DNA of 64,000 bases from the human T2T-CHM13v2.0 reference genome, Homo sapiens: the NCBI RefSeq assembly GCF_009914755.1, contig NC_060938.1. One strand, 5' to 3'. The notes beneath the pieces are model-generated. The model worked only from the letters and a program-made list of their open reading frames with translations. It was not told where the DNA came from and ran no database searches. Shown here one piece after another: positions 46,060-60,068 of the stretch. A program made the position numbers and the translations under genes. How positions within the stretch are numbered: position 1 is the stretch's first letter; the number at the start of each line of letters is the position of its first letter.

Positions 46060-46825
46060 GTGTGTTAGTTAGCTATTTCCACATAACAAATTACCCACGT
46101 CCCACCTACAAAACTTTGTGACTTAAATCAATAAACATTTGTTATCTTACAGTTTCTTTGGGTCAGGAATTTGGGAGGCTCTGGCTGAGTCTCTCATGAG
46201 GTTGCAGTCCTATGGAGGCCTGGCAGGGGCCGGAGGATTGTTTCCAAGATGGCTCACTGTTGTCAGGAGGCCTTGGTTCCTTGCCACATGGACCCCTCTG
46301 CAGGCTGCACGAGTGTCACCATGCCGTGGCAGCTCACTTCTCCCAGAGCAAGCAATCCAAGGGCGAGTGAGAGACTCGTCACAGCCTTTATGACTAGGTC
46401 TTGGAAGTCCCATGCTATCGCTTCTTCCATGTGTTCTTTGTTGGGAGTGGATCATTAATTCCAGCTCACACTCAAGGGAGGGGAATAGGTGCCCCCTCTC
46501 AAAGGGAGGAGTATTATTTAAAAAATTATGGACATGTTTTATTTAGTTAATTAATTAATTTTTAACATCCAGTTGGTACTAAAAAGATTCTGTTAACACC
46601 TATCAGGGCATGTCACTTCCATGCTTAGGACACTGCAGTGGTTTCTCACCCTTTTCCCCCCTAATAATTAATTAATTGTAAAGACAGAATCTTGCTATGT
46701 TGCCCAGGCTGGTCTTGAACTCCTAGCCTCAAGCAGTCCTCTTGCTTCAGCCTTCCAAAGTGCTGGGATTACGGGTATCAGCCTCCATACCTGGCCATTG
46801 TGAACATATTTTAAAGCTATCACCG
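46060..46825 (-). mobile_element. MLT1 LTR containing a FLAM (~46541-46796)
   Basis: tgtgttagttagctatt...ttccaagatggctcact...; FLAM TSD attRtgRacatRtttt. Confidence 0.7.
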
Positions 46826-49800
46826 GGAAATGAGTGTGCTTGTGCCACTTGCTGTTACCGTCAGGTCACCTTGGAAGATACAGGAATAATTCTGAAGAGG
46901 TGGGTTACAAATCAGACATGTTTAAAGGAGAGGGGCAGGAATTGCAGCAAAAGCGGGTATTGGCTGATAGGGCAATGACAAGATATAGGGGTATCTGGGG
47001 CAGGTCCCTGGGAAGTGGTACGGGGAGAACTGGATGGGTTCCAAACAGAGGTGTTGGAGAGGTGGTGGTGGGTTTTCTGCCCAAGGCAGACATCTGAGTT
47101 TTGCAGAGTCCTAGATAGCTGGAGTTATTGTGTCTGCCTTAGGCTGGGGGTGGGAAAGGGTGGGTGAAACTCTCTCCAACCACTTCCATTAGTGTGGACA
47201 GATACTTGTCTCTCTGCTCACCAGGCTCCAGTGGATGGCAGCTGGCACCCAGCCAGGTGTAGGGGGGGCCAGCTCGAGACTGCAGGAGCCAGATGTTGTT
47301 TGCTGCTGATGCCATGGTAACCTGCCCTGAGTTGGTTCTGCCCCAGGTGCCCTAAGTGGGAACTGCTTGGTCTTGGCATCTAGGCCTGGGCTTGCCTGCT
47401 TTGAGGCAGGCTTCCGTCTGCATCTGGAGCCAGACATTTCGGTGTTTGTGAGATGCATTATTGATACGGTGATGTAGTTTCTAAAACCAAAATCGGCCTG
47501 ACGTGACCGAGTATGGGAACAGCAGGCTGCAATATTTGAAAGTGGGCTATCTTGGAAGAATTCAGCCGTCCCCCATCCTGTGATTGAGGAGCCCCTTCCC
47601 TGAGGGCCCTGAGGCTGGCCACGCTGTGGCATCTGGAGGGGCTGTTTAAGGTACTCCAAGCAAAACTCCTCAGGAGGCGTCGTGTGGTTTCTCTAGAAGA
47701 TCCTGACTTCCTGTCACCTTATTTTGGTCTTGGCCAGTGCTTGGCTGCTCAGTGTGGCAGTTTGGAAACATTGTCCAGTACCCTGGCTTCATGGGACTCT
47801 GCAGGGTGGAGTTTCTGGATAGTCTCTTACTCTGCCCTTTGACTTGGGTATGATGTCACTTAGTCTCCTGATTCCCAGGCTCATGAAGCCAGACTGCTGA
47901 GGACTTAACTGCCCCAGATTTGTCAAGCCCCTAGGGGATGACACATTTTTTCTTACACCACCCCCCCCCCGTGCTTTTTTGCTCATTAAATGACAAACAC
48001 TTCCCCCCTTCGCACATGTGTGCACACACACACAGAGAAAGAAACCAAATGATAAAAAGCCAGAGAAACTCTTTTTCTGATTATTTTTCCTTTTCCAGAC
48101 AGGGACATCGATATATTTGAATCACGGGCCGACAGTAATTAAAAAGCACGTAACTAGTCATATTAAAATGCAGTTGTTTTACTTAACTGATTTTGCCGCT
48201 AGACCCAGAGCGGGGGAAAAAAAGAAATGGGGAAAGAAAGCCTTAGAAAAGGAGGCAAGTTTCTGTGAGTGACTGGAGGCAGCTGAGGGCCCTGCTTGAA
48301 TCTAATTGCTGCAAATGCTGCAGTTTGTTTCTGGTAATGGTTTTCTGCTGAAAGGGCTGGGGGACGAGGCCTGATTGGAGGGGGGTGGTGTTTGTTTCAG
48401 CTGCATGGGGGGTATAATTCTGCTTTCGGGACAGGGTCTATTTTTCCTTACCATCTATCAGCATAAAGTACTTCCACTGAACACTTTGAATCAAGGTTCC
48501 ATTTAGAGATACTTTATTCATATTTAATTACAGGCTGCAGCACCAATCTTTAATTACCTTTTTTATAAGCCAGCTAGGAACATCCACTAGCAATCAATTA
48601 TCATGTGTGTGTATGTGTGTGTGCTTGCTTAAGCACAGGAGGGTGTGGGCGTGTGACTTGCTTCCTGATAGAGAAGGAAAAGATGGCTGCAGGGACACTG
48701 GGGAGGTGGTGGGGTGGGGTGTCTGTGTGACAGGTTTCCGGTGCCCAGTGAGGGGTGCATCCTCATTCCCCATGCCTATCTTTGCTTCTGCTGGTGGAAC
48801 TGGGATGTGGGCAAGTCCTCACAGCTGGCTCTTGTTTAGGGTGCTGAGTTGGCCACTGGGATTAGGTGGTATCTTGGGGCCCCCTTGATTCCCCTGGTGG
48901 GGATGGGGAATTGTGGGAGGCCTCCTTCATGTCCTCTGGGGATGTGGTGGACCAGGCTTCCTCTCGCCCTGGAGATTAGGATCTGCTCGCCTCAGCTCTT
49001 TCTTTCCCTCACCTCCCTGTGGGGTGCTCTTGGCAGCTGTTCCTGCTACACAGCCCTAGTGATGCCATGTCACTCTTCAGTTACAATGACTCTGCAGTGC
49101 CCCTGCAATGACACTGGCTTGGAGACTGGTTGTCCTTCTCAGACAATGAGCACATGTTCCTGGGAGTCAGGTGGAGGCTTGGGGTAAGGACTGATGTCAG
49201 ATGACCCCCAAATCCCTTTTCAGTGGGAAGATTGGGCCATTTTAGCTGCCCGAGAGATGAGGGTGTGAGTTCACAGCTCTGCTCCAGAAAACCCTCTGCT
49301 TGGTGCTCCTTCAGGAACTCCAGAGGGCTTGCAAAGGGACTTGGTGTTGATCTCATTATGTAACAGCTGAGGACATTGCCGAGGCTCTGCCTTCCCTTCC
49401 ATTCCTGGGTCCCTGTCCCAGCAAGGGGGTGGGGAAGGGATGGAACTCACATTTACTGGGTCTTGTGTGGGGCCTGGGCACCAGGTCTGTGTTTTTTTCA
49501 CTTATCCCTGCTGGGGCCTGAGAACACTATATCCATCAGAGCCCCTTCAGTTGTGTGTGGCAGATAACTGAAACTGACCTAAGCAGGAAAAGGAATCATA
49601 GGGTGGGTACTCAGGCATGGCTGGATCAAGAGGCTCAAGCACCGTGGCCCGGGTTCACTCCCTCTGTCTCTGCAGCAGAGGCTTTCTTCTTTGTTGCTAC
49701 TATGTGACCCTCAGCAGTTCTACCCCAGGCTTATATTTTTATGTTCAGGTTCAACTGAGAAAAACATCTATATCAAACGAAAGTAAAATGATTGAGTCTG

Positions 49801-51286
49801 ATTGGACCAGTTGAGTTACCTGTATATCTCTGAACTAATGCATGTGGCCAGAGATATTCAGGGTCCTGATTGGCCAGGCCAGGGCCTCACACCTGCCTTG
49901 GAGGAACAGGTGTGCTTTTTCTATTTTGGAAAGCTCCATGTTTGAGGTCTTTGGATTCATAGGAATGTGGGGACAGGAAGGTCTAGCCATTTCAAAGGGA
50001 AGGAAAAGTTGATTCAATTCTTCTCCAGTGGAATAGTGGATTCATTCATTCAACAAATTTGTTTGGCACCAACTAGTTCCAGCCCTGTTCTAGGGAGTTG
50101 CAGGAAATTCAGCAGTGACAGAACAGACAAAAATCTTTGCCCACTTGGAGCTGATGTCCTAATGGGGTTTACAGGGATGATGATCCCAAACCCAGGCCCA
50201 AGATAAAGGGTTCTTATGCTGAGAAACTCAGGGTGATTGGGTGGATGACAAGGGAAGAATTTTGCTATTGGGAGTCTAGAATTCACGAAGGAGGAGAAAA
50301 GACAAGTGTGTTTTTGGGGGAGCAGGGAGAACCAGACACTGGGAGAGACACAAATAACAAACCAACCAGGGTGAAGGGGGCCAGGGAAGCGAATCCCATA
50401 CCCATCTCTCCTGACAGAGAAGCGTAGGCCTTTCCTCATGTGGCCTGGGCCTTTCATCTGGGCAGGTTGTTGATAAATGGGGATGGAGTTTAGTGAAAGC
50501 TACAACAATGATGACAGGGCTGGAGGGAGTGATTTATGAGACGAGATTAGGAAAGTGATGGTGTAGCCTAGCAGATGGGGTGGGATGGTGGCTGTGGGTC
50601 ATGTGACATCTGAAGTCCAAGGAGAGGAGTGGAGGGGCAGGGCAGAGTGGCTGCTGCAGTAGCAGGGATAGAGGGAGGAAGGGCTGTGCAGACTGAATAG
50701 ACTTCAAAGCATGAGGGCCTAGGAGGGTGGGCCAGGACAGCAGGCATCTATACATGCTTGTGCATGTGTGTGCACATGTCTGGACTTTCCAGGATTGTGA
50801 GGCTGCACAGAGGCTTAAAGAAATGGAGAGGATTAGGATTTCAGCCTTGGCCAATCTTGGAAAAGACCTTTAGGGGCCTCTTTCCTAGTTGGCAGAATAT
50901 TTGGATCTGGACATGTAGGTGTGACCACTCAAGTCAGGGAATTTTATTTCCTTCAGGAATATTGGTATGGCATTTCTAAGAGGGAAGGAGGGAAGGAAGA
51001 AAGAAGAAGGAAGAGTGAGGAGTATATTTTCTACTTCATAGAAAAAGAAAATGAGGCACAGAAAAAGCAAGGGGCTTTGTCCAGGCCTACCTTCGAGTGG
51101 CATTGCAGGTGATGACCTAGAGCAAAGTTCTGGCTTGCAGCCCTGGGGTCTCTGCTGGAGTGGCCAGGCTGGGAGTGGACTTGGTGACCCATGTTGAGGC
51201 TGCTGCTCAGGCCGGAACAAAAGGCAGTTGTTGGTCTGGAGCCTCTGCCCAGGATTCTTTGAGCTCCCCTGGTTGGTAGAATGGAA

Positions 51287-51380
51287 ACATCCTCTGTCTG
51301 ATCCCTGAGATACTGGGGCTGCCCTGGGCCCACATCCTCTGTCTGATCCCTGAGATACTGGGGCTGCCCCGGGCCCACAT
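51287..51380. repeat. 45-bp tandem duplication (2 copies, 1 mismatch)
   Basis: acatcctctgtctgatccctgagatactggggctgcccYgggccc x2 followed by acat. Confidence 0.95.
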
Positions 51381-51649
51381 TCTGTTAATGCTGGATTGTC
51401 CATATGTAAGAGCCTAGAAGGCACAGTGGTGGACAGTTCAATGGGCAAATAAAGCTCAGTTCTGAAGAGCACTTCTTTGGCCTTTGATGGAGGTGCTTAG
51501 GGGCCCGTGCACAGGTATGAGGATGCGCCTTCCATGTACGTCTTCTGTCCCCCTTCCTCTGTATGCCTACCGTGAATGTCCAGCAGTGGAGGACCAGGCA
51601 AGACCCTGGGCTGGTACACAACTGATAAAGCAAAAAAATCTGTCCTGGA

Positions 51650-51993
<344 letters not shown>

Positions 51994-52085
51994 CTAGGCA
52001 GCCCTGACTCTGGCCCATCTTCCTGGCTCCCTCTCACTGAACTGGGTCATCTTTTTCATTGCTCTGTTCTCTCCACTCCCGACAG

Positions 52086-52244
52086 ATCCATGATTTGTTC
52101 CAGAGCTTCGATGACACCCCTCTGGGGACGGCCTCCCTGGCCCAGGTCCACAAGGCAGTGCTGCATGATGGGCGGACGGTGGCCGTGAAGGTCCAGCACC
52201 CAAAGGTGCGGGCTCAGAGCTCGAAGGACATTCTCCTGATGGAG
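52086..52244 (+). CDS. ADCK1: ADCK1 internal coding exon (53 aa, IHDLFQSFDDTPLGTASLAQVHKAVLHDGRTVAVKVQHPKVRAQSSKDILLME); probably exon 5
   Basis: Polypyrimidine tract plus cgacAG (52084-85), donor GAG|gtgaga (52245). Contains the A-rich loop (TASLAQVHKA) and VAVK catalytic lysine of ABC1 kinases. Continues in frame from the previous exon. Confidence 0.97.
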
Positions 52245-53770
52245 GTGAGAGCCCTCCCTTTCTCCTTCCTGTGTCCTCAGTCTACATTTCCCTGGGATCC
52301 AGGCCACCTAGGTGGAACTGGTTCAAGCTGGTGAGTGGAGTGTGGCCCTTCAAGCAGCAGAGGGAGAGGAGAGCTGAGATTACGACAGAGGAGGTGTTAT
52401 GACAGCTCCGTGACCATGAAACCCTGTGGCAGCATGGGTTAGTTCTTGATTTGTCCCTGGAGTTCCCAGGAACTGCCTGTGATGGTCTCAAAACACACTA
52501 AGTGGCTGCTAGGGGCCAAGGGGACCTCAGGGAAGGGATGTTGTAGAAATGAGCTGAACCAAAGGTGTGTTTTTTGTCTACCAAAGGGATAGACAAAATT
52601 ACATCTTAATTTGTTAAATTGTAACAAAAGGGAGCATGTGGTCAACAGGGATATAAAAATGACATACAGATCACATAGAAACATCTATGCAGGTTGCAGG
52701 TTTGCTTCTCTGGTACTTATTTGGAATGAAGAAATTCACGTGTCTGAACGGTCCTAGGAAAAACCCTTAGTGGACTTTTCTAGCTCTGTGCTCAGAGTAA
52801 GGGCGGAAGGTGCTGAGCAGCCACTGCTTGAGTCAGTAGCCATCACCGCCTACGGGGAGGTCAGCAATCTGTTTAATTTGTCAGTATGTCCCTTTTCTTC
52901 CTTTTCTTGTTTCCCTTCCTTTGCTCCCCTTCCTCACTCTGGACTCTTAGTTTATTCTTTCAACTCTAACCAAACTTGATGCATATATTGAGGGTCTTCT
53001 GCACCCTATGCTAGGTGGGTGCTGGGGACATGAGAGTGAGTGAGCCCCATCTTCATCTTGGGGTAATCCTCATTTAGTGGAGACAGGCGTGTAAACAGTC
53101 ACAGCGTGTTTGCACAGTGCCATGTAGCACTGTGCCTGGATGGATGGGGCACCAAGGGGGCTGCAGCAAGATGGTGACTCTTGAGATAGCCAGGCAGCGG
53201 AAGGACAGCCCCGCGGGTGTGAGGGCCTGACTGCTTGGAGGACAGAGTGTACTTGGATAACTTCGACCTGTTCAGATGGTATGAGCTCGAAGTGGAGATG
53301 AGGCTGGGAAGGTAGGTAGGACAGAACACGGGGGGTTTGTATTCCAAGCTAAGGCGTAGAATGGTATGTATGGTCAACACTCACTACATATTTGTGGATC
53401 TGAGCAGATCTGATTTTTTTCCTGTAGTCAGTGGGGAACCATTTAAGAATTTTAATCAGGGGACTGTCATGATCAGATTTGCATTAGAAATAAAAATCTG
53501 TTGGGAGTCTGGAGAATGGATTGGAAGGCAGAAAGACTGTAGCCAGGAGACGAATTGAGCTGCTGCATGGGTCTGAGACAGAAATAATGATGTGAAGTGA
53601 GGAGTGTAATGGGAGTAAGGGAGATGGATGGGTTCAAGGGGCAGAATCATCAGGATTTGTGACCAGCTTTACACATGGGGTGGGGGCAAGGACTGGTATG
53701 AATGAGAAGGAGACAAATATCTTAGGTTTCTGGCTTAAGTGATTACGTTTAGGTATATTTAACTATATAT

Positions 53771-54446
53771 AGTAGTTCCCCCTTATCTGTGAAGATACAT
53801 TCCAAGACCCCCAGTGGATGCCTGAATCCTCAGATAGTGCCCAACCCTATATACGCTGTTTCTTCTTATACACACTGATATGGTTTGGCTGTGTCCCCAC
53901 CCAAATCTCATCTTGAATTGTAGCCCCCATAAGCCCCACATGTTGTGGGGGGGGACCTGGTGGGAGGTAATTGATTCATGGAGGCATGTCTTTCCCATGC
54001 TGTTCTCATGACAGTGACTAAGTCTCACAAGATCCGATGGTTTTATAAAAGGGCAGTCCCCCTGCAAAGGCTCTCTTGCCTGCCACCATGTAAGATGTGC
54101 CTTTGCTTCTCCTTGGCCTTCTGCCATGATTGTGAGGCCTCCCCAGCCATGTGGAACTGTGCGTCCATTAAACCTCTTTCTTTTATAAATTGTCCAGTCT
54201 CAGGTATGTCTTTTTAGCAGCGTGAGAACAGACTAATACACATACATACCTATGATAAAGTTTAATTTATAAATTATGCATAGTAAGAGACTAATAAAAT
54301 ATAATTATAACATATAATGAGTGAGGTGAATGTGGTCTCTTTCTCAAAATATCTTGTTGTATTGTACTCACCTATTTTCAGGACACAGTTGACCTTGGAT
54401 AACTGAAACCTTGGAAAGCTAAACTATAGAGAAGGGGGACAACTAT
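53771..54446 (-). mobile_element. MER44 (Tigger7-derived) MITE interrupted by a THE1 LTR
   Basis: TIR-like ends agtagttcccccttatc ... gagaagggggacaact. Confidence 0.75.
53876..54240 (+). mobile_element. Full-length THE1 solo LTR
   Basis: tgatatggtttggctgtgtccccacccaaatctcatcttgaattgtag...cagcgtgagaacagactaataca. Confidence 0.92.
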
Positions 54447-55065
54447 TTATCAGTCAGGGTACAGTTGGGGAAAATAACTTGCTCTATGTTACTCCCAGAT
54501 CATAGACATGGGAGTGGGAGCCGCAGATGCTGTTTGAGGCAGAAGAGTTTCCATCTCCTCTTGCCCCCCCAGTATGCCAGTATCCCTCAGTGTTGCCTCT
54601 GGGCAAAACCTAGCTGGCAGCAAGTTGGCAAGGGAGCCTGGGAAATGGAAGTTCTTATAAGAGTAAGGGGATCGGGATGCCTCTCAGAACAAAGTGAAAT
54701 GGTCAATGCAGCAACCAAATAGGGTAAAATAGTGCTCTTGGCAGTTTTGGATAGGGATATCCCTGTTGGTCTGGAATCCAGGCTGGAATACAAATTCAGC
54801 ATGTATGAGTAAAGATAGTTTTGATAGATGAATGTGGTGGAGTAGTTAAGATCACTAGAGAAGGTATATAGAGTTAAAAAAAAAAAAAAAAAACAGAAGA
54901 AGAAGAAAGAAGGCAAGGAAAAAAAACTGTGCAAAACATTGGGGGGTGAGCCCAAGAGGATAAGTTCATGAATGGGACTAAGAAAGCATGGTCAGAGAGA
55001 TTGGAGGAAAACCAGGATTGAGCAATGCTGCTATATTCAGTGGAGAAAAGTTAAAGATGAAAGCA

Positions 55066-55615
55066 CTATATTAGTTATCTAATGCTGCATAATGAGTCAC
55101 CTCAAAACACAGTGAGCTTAAAACAACAGTCATGTGTTTTGCTCATGAATTCGCAGTTTGGCCGGGGCTTGGTAGAGAAACTCATCTGTTTTATGCAGCT
55201 CTAGCTGGAGTAGCTTGACTGGGGGCTGGAGTGGCTCATTTCCTGGCTGGCAAGTTGGTGCTAGCTGTTGTCTGGGAGCTTAACTGGGGCTGTGGGCCAG
55301 GGCCTTAGTTCCTCTCCATATCAGCCTCTACATGGCTGCTTGGTCTTCCTCACAGCATGGCGGCTGGGTTCTAAGAGCAAGTGGCCCAAGAGAATAAGGC
55401 TGAAAGTACATCACAGTTTTATGACTCAGCCTTGGAAACTACATAGGATTACTTCTTTCTTACTCTTTTGGATGAAGCAGTCACAAAGGCCCCCTTAGTT
55501 AAGTTCAGGGTTGGGGAAATAGACTCTACCTCTTAATGGGAGAGTGGCAAGGTTCTAGAAGTGAATTAGAATGGGAGGTACTGTTGCAGCCGTTTTGGAA
55601 AACATAGTCTGCCAG
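55066..55615 (-). mobile_element. MLT1 LTR
   Basis: tattagttatctaatgctgcataa...gcagccgttttggaaaacatagtctgcca. Confidence 0.7.
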
Positions 55616-57329
55616 AATTCCTCAACGTTGTCATATGGGAGATCAAATCAGTAAAGCACTGGAAAGGGTATTTTGGATCTGGCGATTTAGGGTGGTTAGA
55701 AAGAGCAGCTACAGTGGCCTGATCGGGGTGAAAAAGAATTGAGACTCAAGAAAGTGGAGACTCTTCATGGAGAATGTACTGTTTTCAGATATTTAGCTGT
55801 GGAAGGTTTGGGAGAGTTAGGGTAGTGGTCAGAGCAGAGCATAGGATTAAATACTGAGGAGACTTCAGTGGAATCGTAGCTGATGGGGAAGGGGGCAGGT
55901 TGGGGATTCAGCAGAGAGAAGTAATTGCTAGATCAAGTCCTAAGGGAGATTCAAGCGACTGGGAATGAAGAACACAGGTGGAAACCTTAGCCTTTGTTTC
56001 GAGCCCAGTGGAAGGTGGGAAGGCTGGGTACAGATGAGTGTGTGGGGCAGAGGAGAGGGGGAGGGAAAGTGGGCAGCAGAGTGTGTAGCAGCCTGATAGC
56101 CTCTATTTTTTCTCTGAAGTGGGAGGCAAGACCATCTGCTGAGAATGAGGGGGTAGAAGGTAGCATTGGAGACTCGAGGTGGGTGAAGGTTTGGAACAGC
56201 TACTGTGTGCAGTGGAAGGGAGCTGACCAGGGCAGGAGAGCAGGATTGCTGGGTGGCCCTGAGCATCCGCCTACAAACCTGATTTTTCTAGCACACCTGT
56301 CAGCAGCTGTGGAGCAGCCATAGCTGGGAGAGACCTGGGAGACTTGGAGGATCCCAGGGTTTCCTGAATCCCAGAAGCCACTCCTGAGTCAGGCAGGAAG
56401 CTGCCTCTGCGTAGTAAAGCCATCAGGGCCCACTTGGACAGTGAGGACAGCTGTCGCTTTTTCTTTGCGTTTTCTTGCTGGCTCCCTAAGTAATGGTTGC
56501 TGTAAGGTCAGAGCAATAATAGCAGTAATAAAGATTTGGCATCTTCCTCCCTGAGATAAGCATCACATGCTTTTCTTGGGAAGCACAGCCTGGCAGGCTG
56601 TGTGCAGAGTACAGAGTGGCTCCTTAGTAGTGGCTGAGGCAGTTCTGGGGCTGGGACCACAAGGCAAACCTGAGACCCGCACTCATACCCTTCAGGAGAA
56701 CAGCTGGAATGGAGGCCTGAGGCCACCACCCCATGGATCATCAGGATTAGCAGCAGCACTGGGTAACACTGCCATCTCACTGGGCTTCGTCTCTGGTGGG
56801 AAAAGTCCTGCCTGGGTCTTTCTCTGGTACAAAACCAAGAAGGGCCCAACTGGAAAGCTCGTACTTGAAGTGAATATTTTGTTTTTCTGTGTTGAGACCT
56901 AAATGGTGTCTTATATTTAGGAATGACAATCCAAGAAAGGTATTAAGCATTTTTGGCTTGAAGAATGATTTCTAGGGGACATTTAGGGCTACCAGAAACT
57001 TAGGCACAGAGAGGAGGAAAAGCTACTTTTCTGCATAGCCTCTACGTCTCCTTTCATGCCAACTCCAGGTGTGGTGTGCCCTTATGCTTCTCTCCCACTG
57101 TTGTACACTCTCCTCTGCCCCATAATTGATCACAGCCTGGTCTTAAGAGGAAAGCAATCTGATGAAAGCAGTTCACAGTAAAGAGAGTGACTGATAGGCT
57201 TAACCTCTTTATATTTGCATCTTAAGAGGTGACCTTCTACACCCAAACTCATAACTACTGTGCATTTACAGGGTGATAGAGGTCTACAGGGGTGAGACTT
57301 TTGAGAGCAAGGGGGTGGTGACTACTGGT

Positions 57330-57870
57330 TGTGTCAGTTGGGATGCTTTCAGTTGGCTCTAAGAATCAGAAAATCCAACTGAAAGTGGTATAGCTAATAC
57401 TAACCCTTATTATCTCACATGTGAAGATGTCTGGAACTTGGGTCAGCTGTTCCAAGGCTGACAGCCCAGCACCTCATTGTTTGTAATGACTCAGACTCTT
57501 TCCATGTTTCACTCTGCTATCTCAGCTTCCTGGCTCGCCCTCCTGAGCGAGCACCGCACGTAGTCCCAACACAGCTGCAACAGTTCCTGGTGTTACAAGT
57601 AGGAGACATCCTCATATTCTTTATCAGAAAAAAAAAAAAAAAAGAGATCCCTAGCAGAGTTCCCTTCATTTGTTATTGTCCAGAAGTAATGCCCACTCCC
57701 AAATCAGTCTTGGCAAGAAAACTGAGACCACCTTGATTGGCTTAAACCAATCATGACTCACCTTCTCAGACCTGCTATCCTTGAAGGACATGAAGGATGT
57801 ACAAACTTGGGGTTGTGTTAGCCAGGATGATGGGGGAGATGGCTGTTGGTTTGGCCTCCAATAGCATGTT
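57330..57870 (-). mobile_element. Old MLT1 (J/K-like) LTR
   Basis: tgtgtcagttgggatgctttcagttg...gattggcttaaaccaatca. Confidence 0.55.
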
Positions 57871-58704
57871 CTACCCTAGAGTTTTGTGTCTACTCTGAAC
57901 CTGGCAGTTTTGTGTCTCCTGTGAACCTTCTCCCTTGGAGAGGGGAGAGAGCCTCTAGGATAGACTGTTGAAGGATGGCAGGGAAGGGAGGCTGATTCTC
58001 AGTAAATGGTGTTCAGTGAATCTGATGGTGTCGATGACTTTGCACAAAAGAAAAAGGCAGAGCCAGGGATGTTTTTTCAGCTTTGTCATTATCACCTGAT
58101 ATTGTCCCTTTAATAGTTGGGGCAACTCTACTTCTAGATGCACGGCCAGTGACTCTTATTGATTTGAATGGCTGTCCAGAGCCAGACTAATTGGGCCCAG
58201 AGATTGGAACAATGATTCAGCAGGAGGGGGTGAACTGATGAAGCATAGTCCATCCGTCTGCTGGCGGGCTGGCTTTGCAGCAGTTCTTTTCTACCCACAA
58301 TATTGGGGAGCTTAGCGGGCCATATCTCACTGCCATTCTCACTGCTTGAGGGCAGGGTAGGACTCAGATGATCCCTGAGCTGGGGGACTACCATAATCTC
58401 CAGGTCCTAATCACCCTGTATCACTCCCAGTTATTTCTCCAGCTTCTGAATTGATGAGGAACACTCCCTTGCCCTCTCACCCTAAGGAATCTAACTCATT
58501 GCCAAGTACTATGCCCTTCATGCACTACTGGGCCCCAAGGTGCTCGGCTATGTTGGGGTGGGACTCTTTGGCCTGAGCACTAAATCTGATCTATTGCTTG
58601 ATGTCATCTGGCCCATCCCAAGGGTCTCAAAAAGTGAAAACCCATGGCAGTCATGTTTTTGACCTTTTCTGAGCAGCATTTTCAGTGCATTCTGTCTACC
58701 ATCT

Positions 58705-59034
<330 letters not shown>

Positions 59035-59696
59035 TCATCTTGTTTCTTTACTAAATGTGTTGTTTGAACAGTGGGTGGCTAGGCAATGTTTATGTCGGCA
59101 CAGAATCCAACAGCGATTTTATTTTTTAAAATATATATTAAAAAATATCCAGAGATGTGGGCCACCCAAGGAAACTTCTCTTCACCCTATAAATCTGTTT
59201 TCTAAAAAGCGTGTACTTTAATAACTTATCAGAACAAAGATAAACCCCGTGAATGGCAAGCTATGTACATCACTCTGAACTGATTTTCGATCCTTGTTGA
59301 ACGTTCATTTTTACCAGTTTGGATCGGTACAGGCATTCTATTTAGTGTGCTGTTTTCCCATGGAACATTATTTCTTTTATAATGTACAGTAACTTGATAA
59401 CAGTAACTTGCATTTCTAGTTGCATTTTACAGTTTACAAAGCTCCTCTGCCTTATCTTGAGCTTCCTATTGTATTGTCCTGTGTCGTTGTGTTGTGTTGC
59501 ACGAGGCAGGGCTGCATAAAGAACGAACAAGAAAAGCCCAGGTCAGAGTTTGTTTTGACAATTCCTGTTTTCTACTATGTAAAATTGGCAAGAAAAGGAT
59601 TAAATGAAAGTGTATGTGTAAAGTGTTCGTAGCACAGTGCCTGGCATGTAGTAGGAACTAAATAATGATAATTCCCCTTCTCTTTTGCTATTGTAA

Positions 59697-60068
<372 letters not shown>

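Noticed and set aside
50885-51472. 195-aa ORF with an internal 15-aa repeat
   Set aside because: The repeat is just the 45-bp tandem duplication; no domain evidence.
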